A stretch of DNA of 64,000 nt from an uncultured Spirochaetota bacterium (GTDB lineage Bacteria; Spirochaetota; Spirochaetia; SZUA-6; CAVTHK01): NCBI GenBank assembly GCA_963734495.1, contig CAVTHK010000001.1, positions 224,001-288,000 of the forward strand, in the 5' to 3' direction. Of the stretch, positions 9,941-20,563 are shown one piece after another. The notes under the pieces were generated by a model. That model was not told the DNA's origin. It did no database searches and worked only from the letters and a program-made list of their open reading frames with translations. The position numbers and the translations under genes are program-made. Positions within the stretch are counted from its first letter, which is position 1, and every line of letters begins with the position of its first letter.

Positions 9941-10621
9941 TCAGCCCGCCATGAGCCCGTCCCTGATCTTCACCACGCCATTGGCGTACTTGAGGATGTC
10001 CGGATCGTGCGTGGAAAAGATGAAGGTCGTCTTCTCGATCGTGTTCAGGTCCTTCATCAACCGGAGGATGACGTCCCCCGTCTCCGAGTCGAGGTTCGCG
10101 GTCGGCTCGTCGGCGAGCACGATGGCCGGCCGCGTGATCAGGGCCCGCGCGATCGCCACGCGCTGCCGCTGGCCGCCGGACAGCTCGAACGGCTTGTGGT
10201 TCGCCTGGTCGAGTATCCCCACCTCGTCGAGAAGCTTGTCCGCGCGCGCTCTGATCTCTCTCTTGCTGAGCGCGCCCTTCTTCATGAGCAGGAGCGGAAA
10301 CTCCACGTTCTCCCGCGCGGTGAGAACCGGGATCAGGTTGAAGGTCTGGAAGATGAACCCGATCGTGTGCAGCCTCAGGTCCGTGAGCTCCCGGTCCGAC
10401 AAGGCGGTCACATCCTCGTCGTGGATCCTGACCGCGCCCTCGGTGGCGTGGTCTATGCAGCCTATGATGTTCAGCAGGGTCGTCTTGCCGCTCCCCGACG
10501 GGCCCACGATCGAAAGAAAGTCGCCCTCCTCGATCGCGAGCGAAACCCCCCGCAGGGCGTGGACCGTCGTCGCCCCCAGCGGATAGTCCTTCTTCACGTC
10601 CCGAAGCTCGATCACTTTCAT
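9941..10621 (-). CDS. ABC transporter ATP-binding protein (LolD/MJ0796-like)
   Basis: Walker A GPSGSGKT, GFIFQTFNL, LSGGQRQR, LADEPTANLD, H-loop STHD. Confidence 0.95.
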   Translation of the reverse strand: MKVIELRDVKKDYPLGATTVHALRGVSLAIEEGDFLSIVGPSGSGKTTLLNIIGCIDHATEGAVRIHDEDVTALSDRELTDLRLHTIGFIFQTFNLIPVLTARENVEFPLLLMKKGALSKREIRARADKLLDEVGILDQANHKPFELSGGQRQRVAIARALITRPAIVLADEPTANLDSETGDVILRLMKDLNTIEKTTFIFSTHDPDILKYANGVVKIRDGLMAG

Positions 10622-10927
10622 CCTGCGTGCTCCTCGCGTGCCGCCAGCCCGATTTCGCCCGCCCGACCGGCGGCGCTCTGCCTTCGACGCCCCTGCAGAG
10701 CGCCCTGCGTACGCCAGCGCCTCCCTGGCCTGCGGACCCTGTGCTCGAGGGGACTCGACCTCAATGACGCGGCCGCGCGGGGATTATTGCCGCGTGGAGG
10801 CGCCTCCGACCCGAGATCCACAACGATATCAAACATAACATCCCGGGTCATCAGCGTCGCGCGGCTTGAGCCGGCGCGAGTCGCCCGTCCTGGGCGCTGA
10901 TAGGGTTTGGACGGCCGCGGGAGCGCG

Positions 10928-12911
10928 CTACTTCAGCTTCACCTTCGAGCCTGCCCTGAGATAGACCGGGATGCGGTCGAGCGGCGCGTCGGCCTCGAGC
11001 CACTTGCCCGACGCGACCGCCTTGCCGCTCCACGCATCGACCCACGAAGCGCCCGCAGGCAGCCACACCTTGCGGCCGCGAGCGCCCTTGTCCAGCACAG
11101 GCGCGACGAGGATGTCCGGGCCGAAGAGGAACTCGTCCTCGATGCTCCAGCACTCGCTCTCGTCGGGATAGTCGAAGAACAGCGGCCGCATGGGAGGCGT
11201 GCCCTTTTCGGACGCGGCCTTCATCTGCTCCATGATGTAGGGCCTGAGGCGCTCGCGCGTCTCGAGCAGCCCCTTCACGATGCCGTAGACCTCGTCGCCG
11301 TACGACCACACCTCGTTGGGCGCCCCGGTGGAGCCCGCGCCGCCGGTGGTGCGCGGCTCGCGCACGCCGTGCAGGCGGAACAGCGGGCAGAAGAGGCCCC
11401 ACTGGAACCAGCGCACGAAGAGCTCGCGGAACTCGGGGTCGTCGGGCTTGCCGCCGTAGAAGCCGCCGATGTCGGTGGTCCACCACGGGATGCCGCTCAT
11501 CATGATGTTGAGGCCGGCGCGCACCTGGCTGCGCAGCGTCTGCCACGTCGACGGGATGTCGCCGGACCAGATGGCCGCACCGAAGCGCTGGCTGCCCGCC
11601 CAGCCCGAGCGGCAGAGGTTCACGATCTCGGCCTGCCCGGCCGCCCGCATGTGCTCGTAGAACCCCTGCTCGTGCAGCATCGGGTAGATGCAGGCGACTT
11701 CGGCGCCCGTGCCCGCGGCGAAGCGCATGTTCGCGAAGTCCCACGGGTAGATCTCCGGCTCGCACGCGTCGAGCCAGAAGATGCGCACGCCCTTGTCCCA
11801 GTAGCTCGCCTTGACCCTGTTCCATACGTGATCGCGCGCCTCGGGGTTCGTCGAGTCGTAGTAGTGGACGTAGGCGGGCCGTTCCTCGTAGGTGTCCACA
11901 AAGGGAAAGATGGCGTCGACGCCGTGATTGGTGCCGATGAGCCAGCCGCTTCGCCTTCATCTCCCTGCCGTTCTCTCCCTTGACGTTGACGCTCGGCCAC
12001 ACCGAGACCATGAGCTTGACGCCCATCGACTCGAGCTCGCGGATCATCGCGGCCGGGTCAGGCCAGCACTTCGGGTCCCACGCCCAGTCGCCCTGGCGGG
12101 TCCAGTGGAAATAGTCGACGACGATGACGGACAGCGGCAGCTTGCGCTTCCTGTACTCGCGCGCCACCTCGAGCAGCTCCTCCTGCGTGCGGTAGCGCAG
12201 CTTGCACTGCCAGAAGCCCGCGGCGTACTCGGGGAGCATCGGCGCGTGGCCCGTCGTGTCGGCGTAGCGCTCCATGATCGCCGCGGGGCTCGCGCCGGTC
12301 ATCACGACGTAGTCGATCTGGCGCGTCGCGTCCGCGACCCAGCGCGTCATGCTGGTGCCGAGCTCCACGCGCCCGACCGCGGGGTTGTTCCAGAGAAAGC
12401 CATAGCCCCGGGAGGACAAGGTGAAGGGGATCGTGACCTCCGCGTTTCTCTGCTCCAGGTCGATGACCGCGCCCTTCTGGTCGAGCAGCCCGTGCCTGTG
12501 CTGGCCGAGGCCGTAGAAGCGCTCGCCCGCGTGCGCCGCGAGGCGCAGCTCCGCGCGGAAGAGGTCGCTTTCCAGCGGCGCGAGCTCGCGGCTGGCCGCG
12601 TAGAGCACCGGGGCATCCGCGCGCCAGTCGACCTCCTCGACCAGCGGCTCGGCGGCGCCGGCGCGGAAAAAGCGCACGCGGCCGTAGCTCGAAACGCGCG
12701 CCTCCAGCGTCCCGCTGCGCACCACCGCGCCGTCGCCGCCGATCTCGACCGCGCCCGCTGTGCCGCTTTCGGCCACCAGCGCGCCCGGCACGCTCGCGAA
12801 GTCGCGGTTGGCCGTGGCGCGCACGCGGATGACGTCCGTTCCCCAGGGCTGCACCTCGAGCAGGTGGCGCTCGCCCCTCCAGATCAGCCGGCTGCCCTTC
12901 TTCTCGAACAT
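10928..12911 (-). CDS. GH31 alpha-xylosidase/alpha-glucosidase (frameshift ~11935)
   Basis: N-half in ORF 10851..12911 and C-half in 10928..11899. Motifs GFWQCKLRY, WLDACEPE, WSGDI, WTTDIGGF. Confidence 0.9.
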
Positions 12912-12920
12912 GTCCGTCTC

Positions 12921-14042
12921 CTATTCGAACGCCGGGATCTCGACGCGCTCGCCGTTGCGCATCGCGGACTCGTGCGCGCAGATGCCCGCCGCCGTGATGT
13001 TGGCCGCGGTCACCGCGTCCACCAGCGGCTTCCGTCGCTCGGCGATCGCGCTCACGAACTCGTGCACGAGGTGCGGGTGCGAGCCGCGGTGGCCGCCGCC
13101 CTGAAGGAACGAGAGGTGCGGGTTCTTCTCGTCGTAGACGCCCTCGCCTCGTGAAGCGGCGGATCGGCTCCGGCAGCAGGTCCTGGCGGTCGGGCGCCTC
13201 GACGCGCTCGACCTTGATGGGCCGGCCGCGGCCGGGCGCGAGCGGCTCCATCCGGAAGAGCACGGAGCTTCTCCTCCTCGATCTGCTGCCACTCGAACGT
13301 CGTCTTCTCTCCGTAGACGGCGAACGCCTCGGTGTACGCGCGGGCGATGTGGAAGAGCGTGCGCGTCACCTCGGCGGCCACGTCGCTCGAGTCGAAGCGG
13401 AAGATGGCGGTCTCGGCAGGGAACGGGTTGCCGTACTGCGCGTGCAGCTCCTGCCTCATCGCGCCGCTGCCGAGGCAGTGCACGAAGCGCGCGCGCTTTC
13501 CGAGGAGCAGGAACAGCGGCGCCATCGCGTGCGTCGCGTAGTGCATGGGCGGAAGCCCCATCCAGTAGGGCGGCCAGTTCTCCATGTCCTGGTAGTGCGA
13601 GCCGCGCAGGAGCTGGATGCGGCCGATCTCGCCGCGGGCCATCAGGTCGCGCGCCAGGAGGAACTCGCGCGTGTAGGCCGAGGTCTCCATCATCATGTAG
13701 GTGCGGCCGGAGCGCTTCTCGGCCGCGACGATCGCGCGCAGGTCCGCAAGGGTGGTCGCCATCGGCACGGTGCAGGCGCAGTGCTTGCGCGCCTCGAGCA
13801 CGGCGAGGGTCTGCGCCGCGTGCATCGGGATCGGCGTGACCAGGTGCACGGCGTCGATCTCAGGCGAGCGCAGCACCTCGCGCCAGGTCGGTCGCGCGGC
13901 TGTCGATCTCGAAGCGATCGCCGATCGTCTTGAGCGCGGCCGGGTCGGGGTCGACGATGGTCAGCCCGTCGACCAGCGGATGGTGCAGGTAGATCGGCAC
14001 GAACTCGGCGCCGAAGCGCATGCCCGCGACCGCGACGCGCAT
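12921..14042 (-). CDS. Gfo/Idh/MocA-family oxidoreductase (three frameshifts ~13870, ~13265, ~13150)
   Basis: Joined frames give MRVAVAGMRFGAEF..IDAVHLVTPIPMHA..KHCACTVPMA..PMHYATHA..GGHRGSHPHLVHEF. Confidence 0.85.
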
Positions 14043-14045
14043 GGA

Positions 14046-15902
14046 TCACCTCTTCTTCGTCACCGGGAAATACACCGTGTACGGCTCGTCCGTCACCTCG
14101 AAGAGCGGCACGAAGCGGATGCCGTGCTCCTGGCCGACGGTCCGCCAGCCGCCGAGCCAGCGCCACCACTCTTTCTCGTTGTCGGGCACGAGGAAAGTCG
14201 AAGGGTCCTTCGGGTCGCCGACGAGCGTGCGCTCCTCGGCGCACAGGCCCGCGAGCACGACGGGCCCGTCCATGACCGCGACGGTGTCCGGCCGGTCGGG
14301 GAGCGGCGACGCGTGCAGCGCCCGCGGCAGCTCGAGCACGACCCGGTCGTTGTGCCACCGGCGGGAGATTCGGGCGAACCCGGGCGCCTTCGCGTCGACC
14401 GGCGCCTCTGCGCCGTTCACGGTCACCGACGGGCGGCCGCTCGTCCACCAGGGCAGACGCAGCGACAGCGCGAACTCCGCGGGCCTGTCGCAGGACACCT
14501 CGAGGGCGATGCGCCACGCCGGCGGCCTGTGCCACTGCGCCTCGGCAGCGTCGTACGCCCGCCGGTTCTCGTCGCGCAGGCCCGCGGAGTCCAGGTTCAA
14601 GCGGATCGTGACCGCGGACCCGCCGCGGCCGAGCCGGGCCTCGCTCGGGACGTACTGGCTGACGATCACGCCCGCGTCGTCCTCGTACCAGGCATAGGCA
14701 TTGTGCAGCGTGTGCGCCTGCATGAGCGTGCCGTGGCAGCACCAGAAGTCGTGCGTCGGCGAGCCGTAGACCTTGCGCGCTCCCGCCTCCAGCGGCAGGA
14801 AGTAGGCGATCATGCCGGTGCGGGGATGCTGCTGCGCGAGCACGCCGTTGTAGAGGCTGCGCTCGATGTAGTCGGCGTACTCCACCTCGCCGGTCCAGCG
14901 GTAGAGCCAGTCGGCCAGGCGCATCATGTTGTAGACGACGCAGTGCTCCTGGTTGGTGTCGTTGAGCCGGGCCGAGAAGCGGCCCGGCGGCGTCCAGACT
15001 TCACCTGAAGTCTGGCTCCCCGTGGCGAAGACCCCGCGGTCGGTGACCGCCGCCTTCCAGTACGCCTCGACGATGCGCCGCCAGCGCTCCTCGCCCGTGG
15101 CGTCGAACGCCCGCGCCGCGCCGTGGATCTCCGGGATCGTCGTGTTCGCGTGGCGGTTGGTGAGCACGTCCTTGCCTTCGAGCAGCGGCTGAAAGAGCCG
15201 GTTGCGCGTGTAGCGCTCGATGAGCTCCTTGTGCCTCTTGTCGTGCGTGACGCCGTAGAGCGCGGCCCAGATCTCGAGCATGCCGCCGGTCTCGACGTCG
15301 AGGATCTCGTCCATCTGCTCGCGCGTAAAGGTCGCGGCCCAGCGATGAAACCAGCGCGACGTCCGGTCGAGGATCTCGAGCGCCTGCGAGCTCCCGGCGA
15401 GCTCGTGCATGTCCCACAGACCCATGAGCGTCTTGTGGATGGTGTAGTGAGGCGCCCAGATCTGCTGCCCGCGGGCGATGCGGTCGAGGTAGCCCGGCGG
15501 GATCGAGGCGACCCACTCGCCGCCGTTGGCTTCCTGGCACCGGGCCAGCTCGGCCACGATGGCTTCCGCCTTGGCCCGCGCCTCGCCGTCGCCTCCGGCG
15601 GCCAGACGCGCCGCGGCGGAGAGCCAGTGCCCGAGGAAGTGGCCGCGCAGCTGGCAGCTCGGCGACTCCCACCCCCAGTGCAGCGCCTCCTCGCGGCCGA
15701 GCTGGCCGGGGTCGTAGTTTCGGTTGCGCTTCGTCTCGCCGATGCGCGCCTGCCACAGGCCCGCTTCGAGCAGGTGGTTCTGCAGCAGGGCGCCGCTGTC
15801 GAGGCTCATGACGTAGCGGCGGTTGAGATTGAACCTGTCGAGAAAGAGCCCGGGCAGCAGGCTCGTGCGGGCCGGGGCGAGAGGTCGGAATCGTCCGGAC
15901 AT
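14046..15902 (-). CDS. Beta-L-arabinofuranosidase family (GH146/GH127-like, DUF1680)
   Basis: LRGHFLGHWLSA, APHYTIHK, ETGGM, HANTTIP, EHCVVYNM and FWCCHGT Zn/Cys motifs; AGGAGG RBS. Confidence 0.9.
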   Translation of the reverse strand: MSGRFRPLAPARTSLLPGLFLDRFNLNRRYVMSLDSGALLQNHLLEAGLWQARIGETKRNRNYDPGQLGREEALHWGWESPSCQLRGHFLGHWLSAAARLAAGGDGEARAKAEAIVAELARCQEANGGEWVASIPPGYLDRIARGQQIWAPHYTIHKTLMGLWDMHELAGSSQALEILDRTSRWFHRWAATFTREQMDEILDVETGGMLEIWAALYGVTHDKRHKELIERYTRNRLFQPLLEGKDVLTNRHANTTIPEIHGAARAFDATGEERWRRIVEAYWKAAVTDRGVFATGSQTSGEVWTPPGRFSARLNDTNQEHCVVYNMMRLADWLYRWTGEVEYADYIERSLYNGVLAQQHPRTGMIAYFLPLEAGARKVYGSPTHDFWCCHGTLMQAHTLHNAYAWYEDDAGVIVSQYVPSEARLGRGGSAVTIRLNLDSAGLRDENRRAYDAAEAQWHRPPAWRIALEVSCDRPAEFALSLRLPWWTSGRPSVTVNGAEAPVDAKAPGFARISRRWHNDRVVLELPRALHASPLPDRPDTVAVMDGPVVLAGLCAEERTLVGDPKDPSTFLVPDNEKEWWRWLGGWRTVGQEHGIRFVPLFEVTDEPYTVYFPVTKKR

Positions 15903-15949
15903 GCTTCCTCCTGTCGCAAGAGATTATTGACAACGGGGATGCGCTGTCT

Positions 15950-15988
15950 CAAGATTACGGAAGGTCACAAAAGCAAGACAATTCCGAC
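15950..15988 (-). promoter_or_regulatory. Candidate AraC operator overlapping a -35 element, copy A
   Basis: Minus strand GTCGGAATTGTCTTGCTTTTGTGACCTTCCGTAATCTTG; 27/39 ungapped identity to 16979-17017. Confidence 0.6.
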
Positions 15989-16015
15989 CTTCGGGGTGCG
16001 GCGAGAGGGTGCGGC

Positions 16016-16852
16016 ATGAACGAGGGAGAGACGCTGCGGATCGAAAGCCTTTCCGTGCTGGAGCCGCAGAACGCCGGCCTCTTCGTGTCGGCCGGCCACG
16101 GACAGCACGCGACGCGGACGCTCGCGACCTACGAGCTTGTGTTCGTCAGGTCGGGCGAGCTGCAGCTCTTCGAGGAGGAAGACGTCTTTACGGCGCGCAG
16201 GGACCAGACCCTGCTGCTGTGGCCCGGCAGGACCCATGGCGCGACCGGCCCCTTCCCGCGGGACCTGCAGTTCTACTGGATCCACTTCGCTTATCACAGG
16301 CCGCAGAACGGGCGCCGCGACCTCGGCGAGGTCCTCGAGGTGCCCCGGCAGGCGACCCTCGACGGGCCCGAGCGCCTGGCGGAGCTCTACCAGCGGTTCA
16401 TCGCGGACCAGGAGACCGAGAGGCTCACGAAGCTCGAGGCCGCGCTGCTCGTGATGCTCATGCTTTCCGAGGTCGCGCGGGCGACCACCGGCGCCGGGCG
16501 GAGAAGCAATGATTCGGCCCTGGCGGGAGCCGTGCTCCAGCACATCAGCGCCCACTACAACGAATCGATCAGCACCGCCTCGATCGCCGCCCACTTTCAC
16601 TACAACCCCGACTACCTCGGCCGCGCCTTCCGCGAGGCCACCGGCGGGTCGATCACGGACACGATCAACCGCAGGCGCATCAAGGAGGCACGGGCCCTGC
16701 TCGTGGGCGAGCAGATGCGGGTCAGCGAGGTGGCGGACTGCTGCGGCTTCCAGGACGCAGGGTATTTTCGGAAGGTCTTCCGCGCGGTCTGCGGAGTGAC
16801 GCCCCGGCAGTACCGCAACCTCTACAGCCACCACCACATCAACCGGCACTGA
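16016..16852 (+). CDS. AraC-family transcriptional regulator
   Basis: N-terminal cupin-like ligand domain (YWIHF) and C-terminal double HTH (YLGRAF..EVADCCGFQDAGYFRKVFRAVCGVTPRQYR). Confidence 0.95.
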   Translation: MNEGETLRIESLSVLEPQNAGLFVSAGHGQHATRTLATYELVFVRSGELQLFEEEDVFTARRDQTLLLWPGRTHGATGPFPRDLQFYWIHFAYHRPQNGRRDLGEVLEVPRQATLDGPERLAELYQRFIADQETERLTKLEAALLVMLMLSEVARATTGAGRRSNDSALAGAVLQHISAHYNESISTASIAAHFHYNPDYLGRAFREATGGSITDTINRRRIKEARALLVGEQMRVSEVADCCGFQDAGYFRKVFRAVCGVTPRQYRNLYSHHHINRH

Positions 16853-16978
16853 CGCAAGGCGGGTCCGCGGGCGGGTCGCGGGCGCGCAGGGGTGGCTCCG
16901 ACCGTGGGCCGCCGCGGCGGCGGACCGCCGGGCTGCGGCGAGCGTGCAAGGCCTGCCGTCGCCCGCGGGCGGGCCAAT

Positions 16979-17017
16979 GTCGGAATTATCCTCTTTATGT
17001 GCGGAATCGTGATCTTG
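16979..17017 (+). promoter_or_regulatory. Candidate AraC operator overlapping a -35 element, copy B
   Basis: GTCGGAATTATCCTCTTTATGTGCGGAATCGTGATCTTG; CGGAAT repeats at 21-bp spacing; the final TTG begins TTGTGG-N17-CAAAAT. Confidence 0.6.
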
Positions 17018-17098
17018 TGGCCGGTGGGGTCTGCCTTCAAAATTACTACTGGTCACACAACGACAAGAGCCGGACGTTCGCACACCAGGGAGGCACCC

Positions 17099-19229
17099 GT
17101 GGCAGAGCGCTCTCGAGGGAACACAGCGATCGTCGACACGTCGCGCAGCCCCGCGCGCAAGCTGCTTTCCCTTCCGTTCGATGCCGTGCGCCTCGGCGCA
17201 GGCTTCTGGTCGAGCTGGCGGGCGACCAACCGCCGTCAGGCGCTGCCTTACGGCTACGACAAGCTCGTGTCGAGCGGCGTCATCTCGAACTTCGAAGTCG
17301 CCGGCCGGACGGAAGCAGGGCGCGTTCCAGAACATGCGCTTCGCGGACTCCGACCTGTACAAGTGGCTGGAGGCCGCCGCTTACGAGCTGGCGAACGCCT
17401 ACGACCCGGCGCTGGACCGAAGGGTCGACGACGCCGTCGCGCTCCTGGCGGCCGCCCAGAAGCCGGACGGCTACCTCGACACCTACTATCAGCTCGGCGA
17501 CTACGCGAAGCGCTGGACCAACATCATGCAGGACCACGAGCTGTACTGCGCCGGGCACATGTTCCAGGCAGCCGTGGCCCACTACCGGGCGACCGGCAAG
17601 CGCTCCTTTCTCGACGTGGCCTGCCGCCTGGCGGACCACATCGATTCGGTCTTCGGGCCCGGCCGCAAGGAGGCGGCCCCCGGCCATCCCGAGGTCGAGA
17701 TGGGCCTGGTGGAGCTCTACCGCGCGACCGGGGAGAAGCGCTACCTCGACGTCGCTCGATTCTTCGTGGACACCCGCGGTCGCGGCACCATCGGCGGCTC
17801 GCCCTACTACCAGGATCACGCGCCCGTGCGGGAGGCGCCCGAGATGGCGGGACACGCCGTCCGGCAGGTCTACCTGCTCGCCGGCGTCGCGGACGTCTAC
17901 CTCGAGACCGGCGACAGGAGCCTGCTCGCCGCCTGCGAGCGGCTGTGGCTCGACATGATGGCGCGCAAGACGAGCATCACGGGCGGCATCGGGGCCAGGC
18001 ACGAGCGGGAGAGCTTCGGCGAGAGCTACGAGCTGCCCAACGACCGCGTGTACAACGAGACCTGCGCGCAGATCGGCAGCGTCATGTGGAACTGGCGCCT
18101 CCTGCTCGCCACGGCGGATCCGCGCTACGCCGACCTGATCGAGTGGACGCTGTACAACGGCGTGCTCAGCGGCGTCTCGCTCGACGGCAAGCGCTACTTC
18201 TACCCCAATCCGCTGCTGTCGCGCGGAAGCGTCGAGCGCAGCGAGTGGTTCGCGTGCGCCTGCTGCCCGCCCAACGTGATGCGCACCCTCGCTTCCGTGC
18301 ACAACTACTTCGCCACCTCCACGGAGACGGGGCTTCAGGTGCACCTCTACGACAGATCGGCGATCCGGGCGTCCGTTGCCGGGTCGGAGGTGACGCTCGC
18401 GATCGACACCGCCTACCCGTGGGAGCCGTCGGTGCGCATCACGGTGGAGGCGCCGGGCAAGGGCGAGTGGACGCTCAGCCTCCGCGTCCCGGGCTGGTGC
18501 CGCGGCGCCATGGCGCACATCAACGGGGGAAAGGCCCTCGCCGGCAAGCCCGGCAGCTACCTCGAGATCCGGCGGATGTGGCGGAGCGGCGACGCGGTCG
18601 AGCTCAGGCTGCCGCTCGAGCCGACCTTCCACGAGCCGCACCCGTGGATCGAGGCGGCCCGCGGGTGCGCAGCGCTGACGCGGGGACCGCTAGTATACTG
18701 TTACGAGGAGTGCGACCAGCCGGCCGGCGTCCGGATCCTGGACAGCGCACTCGATGCGACCACGCGGCCGGCCGCGACCTGGCGGCCCGACCTGCTCGGC
18801 GGCGTGGTCACCCTGGCCGCCGGAGGGAGGGTGCTCAACCGGACGGGATGGGACAGGCGCCTCTACCGGGTCTACGGGTCCGGCCCCGGGACGCGAAGCC
18901 GCAAGATCAGCCTCACGGCGATTCCGTACTTCGCCTGGGCCAACCGGGCAAAGGCGCCGATGTCCGTCTGGCTTCCCTCGGCCGACGGCCCCGAGGGAGG
19001 CAGGAAGCAGGCGCGGGCCGCGGCTGCCCCGCAAAGGGAGCCCGCGCGAAAGGCGGCGCGCGCCCCGCGCCGCAGGCCGGGGACGAAGGCGGGAAAGGCC
19101 GCCGCGGCGCGAAAGGCGCCCAGGAAGGCTCCCAGAAAGTCGCCCCCGAAGATCAGAAGCGTCCGCAAAGCCGGCTCGAAGCGGCCGGCTAGGAAAGCAT
19201 CGCGGAAGACCGCGAGGAGGAAAGGATGA
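17099..19229 (+). CDS. GH127 beta-L-arabinofuranosidase (HypBA1-like) with a basic C-terminal tail (frameshift ~17310)
   Basis: GTG after GGGAGG. Motifs FADSDLYKWLEA, HELYCAGH, GHPEVE, GHAVR, YNETCA, CACCPPN, IPYFAWANR. Confidence 0.9.
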
Positions 19230-20500
19230 AGAGACTGCTTTCTCTCTCGATCCTGCTGGCCTTCGTTCTCACCGGTGCGCTCTATGCCGCCGGCGGAACC
19301 GAGAAGCCGGCTGCCGCTGCCGGGCCGATCACGCTCCGCTTCATGGAGCACATCGACCGGATGAACGTGAACCCCAAGATCATGGCGCTCTATGAGCAGA
19401 AGAACCCCAACATCAAGCTGGAGTTCCTGGTCGAGCCGCAGGGCGGCGCGAACTCGGTCCACGACAAGCTGGTGACGATGCTCGCGGCCAAGGACGGCAG
19501 CGTCGACGTGTTCAACACCGACGTGATCTGGCCCCCCGAGATGGCGGCTGCGGGATGGCTGAGACCCTTGAACGACGTCTTCCCCACCGATGAGCAGAAG
19601 AAGCACGTCGCGGCCATGATCGATGCCCAGACCGTCAACGGCAAGATCTACGGCGTGCCCTGGCTCAACGACATCGGGCACCTGTTCTACCGCAAGGATC
19701 TCCTCGACGCCAACGGCATGCAGCCGCCCGACCTCTGGTCCGACCTCGTGCAGATCAGCCAGAAGCTGCAGAACCCGAACCTCATCGGCTACTCGGCCTG
19801 CTTCTTCGCGGACCAGCAGCTCATGTGCAACTACTACGAGTACCTCTACAGCAACAACGGCAAGTTCCTCGACGACACCGGCAAGAAGATCCTGTTCACC
19901 GAGAAGCCGAGCATCGAGGCCGTGCAGTTCATGGCCGACCTCGTCAACAAGTACAAAGTCGTGCAGCCGGGCATCGTCACGATGAGCCTCGACGACGGCC
20001 GCGTGATCTTTACCGAGGGCCGCGCGGTCTTCCACCGCAACTGGAACTACGTGATGGCCCAGGCCCAGAACAGCAAGGACACCAAGGTCAAGGACAAGGT
20101 CGCGACGACCACGGTCCCGCGCTTCGCCAATGGCCCGCACGTCGCGACGCTGGGCGGCTGGAGCTACTCGGTCAACGCCTTCTCGAAGTACGGGACCGAG
20201 GCGGCAAAGCTGGCCGTGTGGCTGGGCAGCGCGGAGATCCAGAAGATCCGCGCCCTCGAGGCCGACCGGACGCCGACGATCCTCTCGCTGCTGTCCGACC
20301 CGGACATCGTCAAGGTGTACCCGGCCTACCCGGCCTGGCAGAAGGAGGCCGACGCGGCGAAGTCGCGGCCCAAGAGCCCGTTCTACACGCAGCTTTCGAC
20401 CATCTTCCAGGCCGAGCTGCAGAACGCGATCCTGCAGAAGAAGACTCCCGAGCAGGCGATGAAGGACGCGGCCGACCAGATGAAGCCCATCCTCCAGTAA
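19226..20500 (+). CDS. Carbohydrate ABC transporter substrate-binding protein (family 1)
   Basis: Signal peptide, DVIWPPEMAAAGWL, FYRKDLL, FHRNWNY, TLGGW; the ATG overlaps the upstream stop. Confidence 0.92.
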   Translation: MKRLLSLSILLAFVLTGALYAAGGTEKPAAAAGPITLRFMEHIDRMNVNPKIMALYEQKNPNIKLEFLVEPQGGANSVHDKLVTMLAAKDGSVDVFNTDVIWPPEMAAAGWLRPLNDVFPTDEQKKHVAAMIDAQTVNGKIYGVPWLNDIGHLFYRKDLLDANGMQPPDLWSDLVQISQKLQNPNLIGYSACFFADQQLMCNYYEYLYSNNGKFLDDTGKKILFTEKPSIEAVQFMADLVNKYKVVQPGIVTMSLDDGRVIFTEGRAVFHRNWNYVMAQAQNSKDTKVKDKVATTTVPRFANGPHVATLGGWSYSVNAFSKYGTEAAKLAVWLGSAEIQKIRALEADRTPTILSLLSDPDIVKVYPAYPAWQKEADAAKSRPKSPFYTQLSTIFQAELQNAILQKKTPEQAMKDAADQMKPILQ

Positions 20501-20511
20501 CGATCCCGCCG

Positions 20512-20537
20512 GCGGCAGGGGGGCAGCCCCCTGCCGC
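20512..20537 (+). other. GC-rich stem-loop between SBP and permease (mRNA stabiliser/attenuator)
   Basis: GCGGCAGGGGG-gcag-CCCCCTGCCGC, perfect 11-bp stem. Confidence 0.6.
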
Positions 20538-20563
20538 ATCCCGTTCCCGAGGCGAGGTGCCAG

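Noticed and set aside
12921..14042. Programmed ribosomal frameshifting to explain split genes
   Set aside because: No slippery heptamer/stimulator pattern noticed, several shifts per gene, and ordinary enzyme families; sequencing error is simpler.
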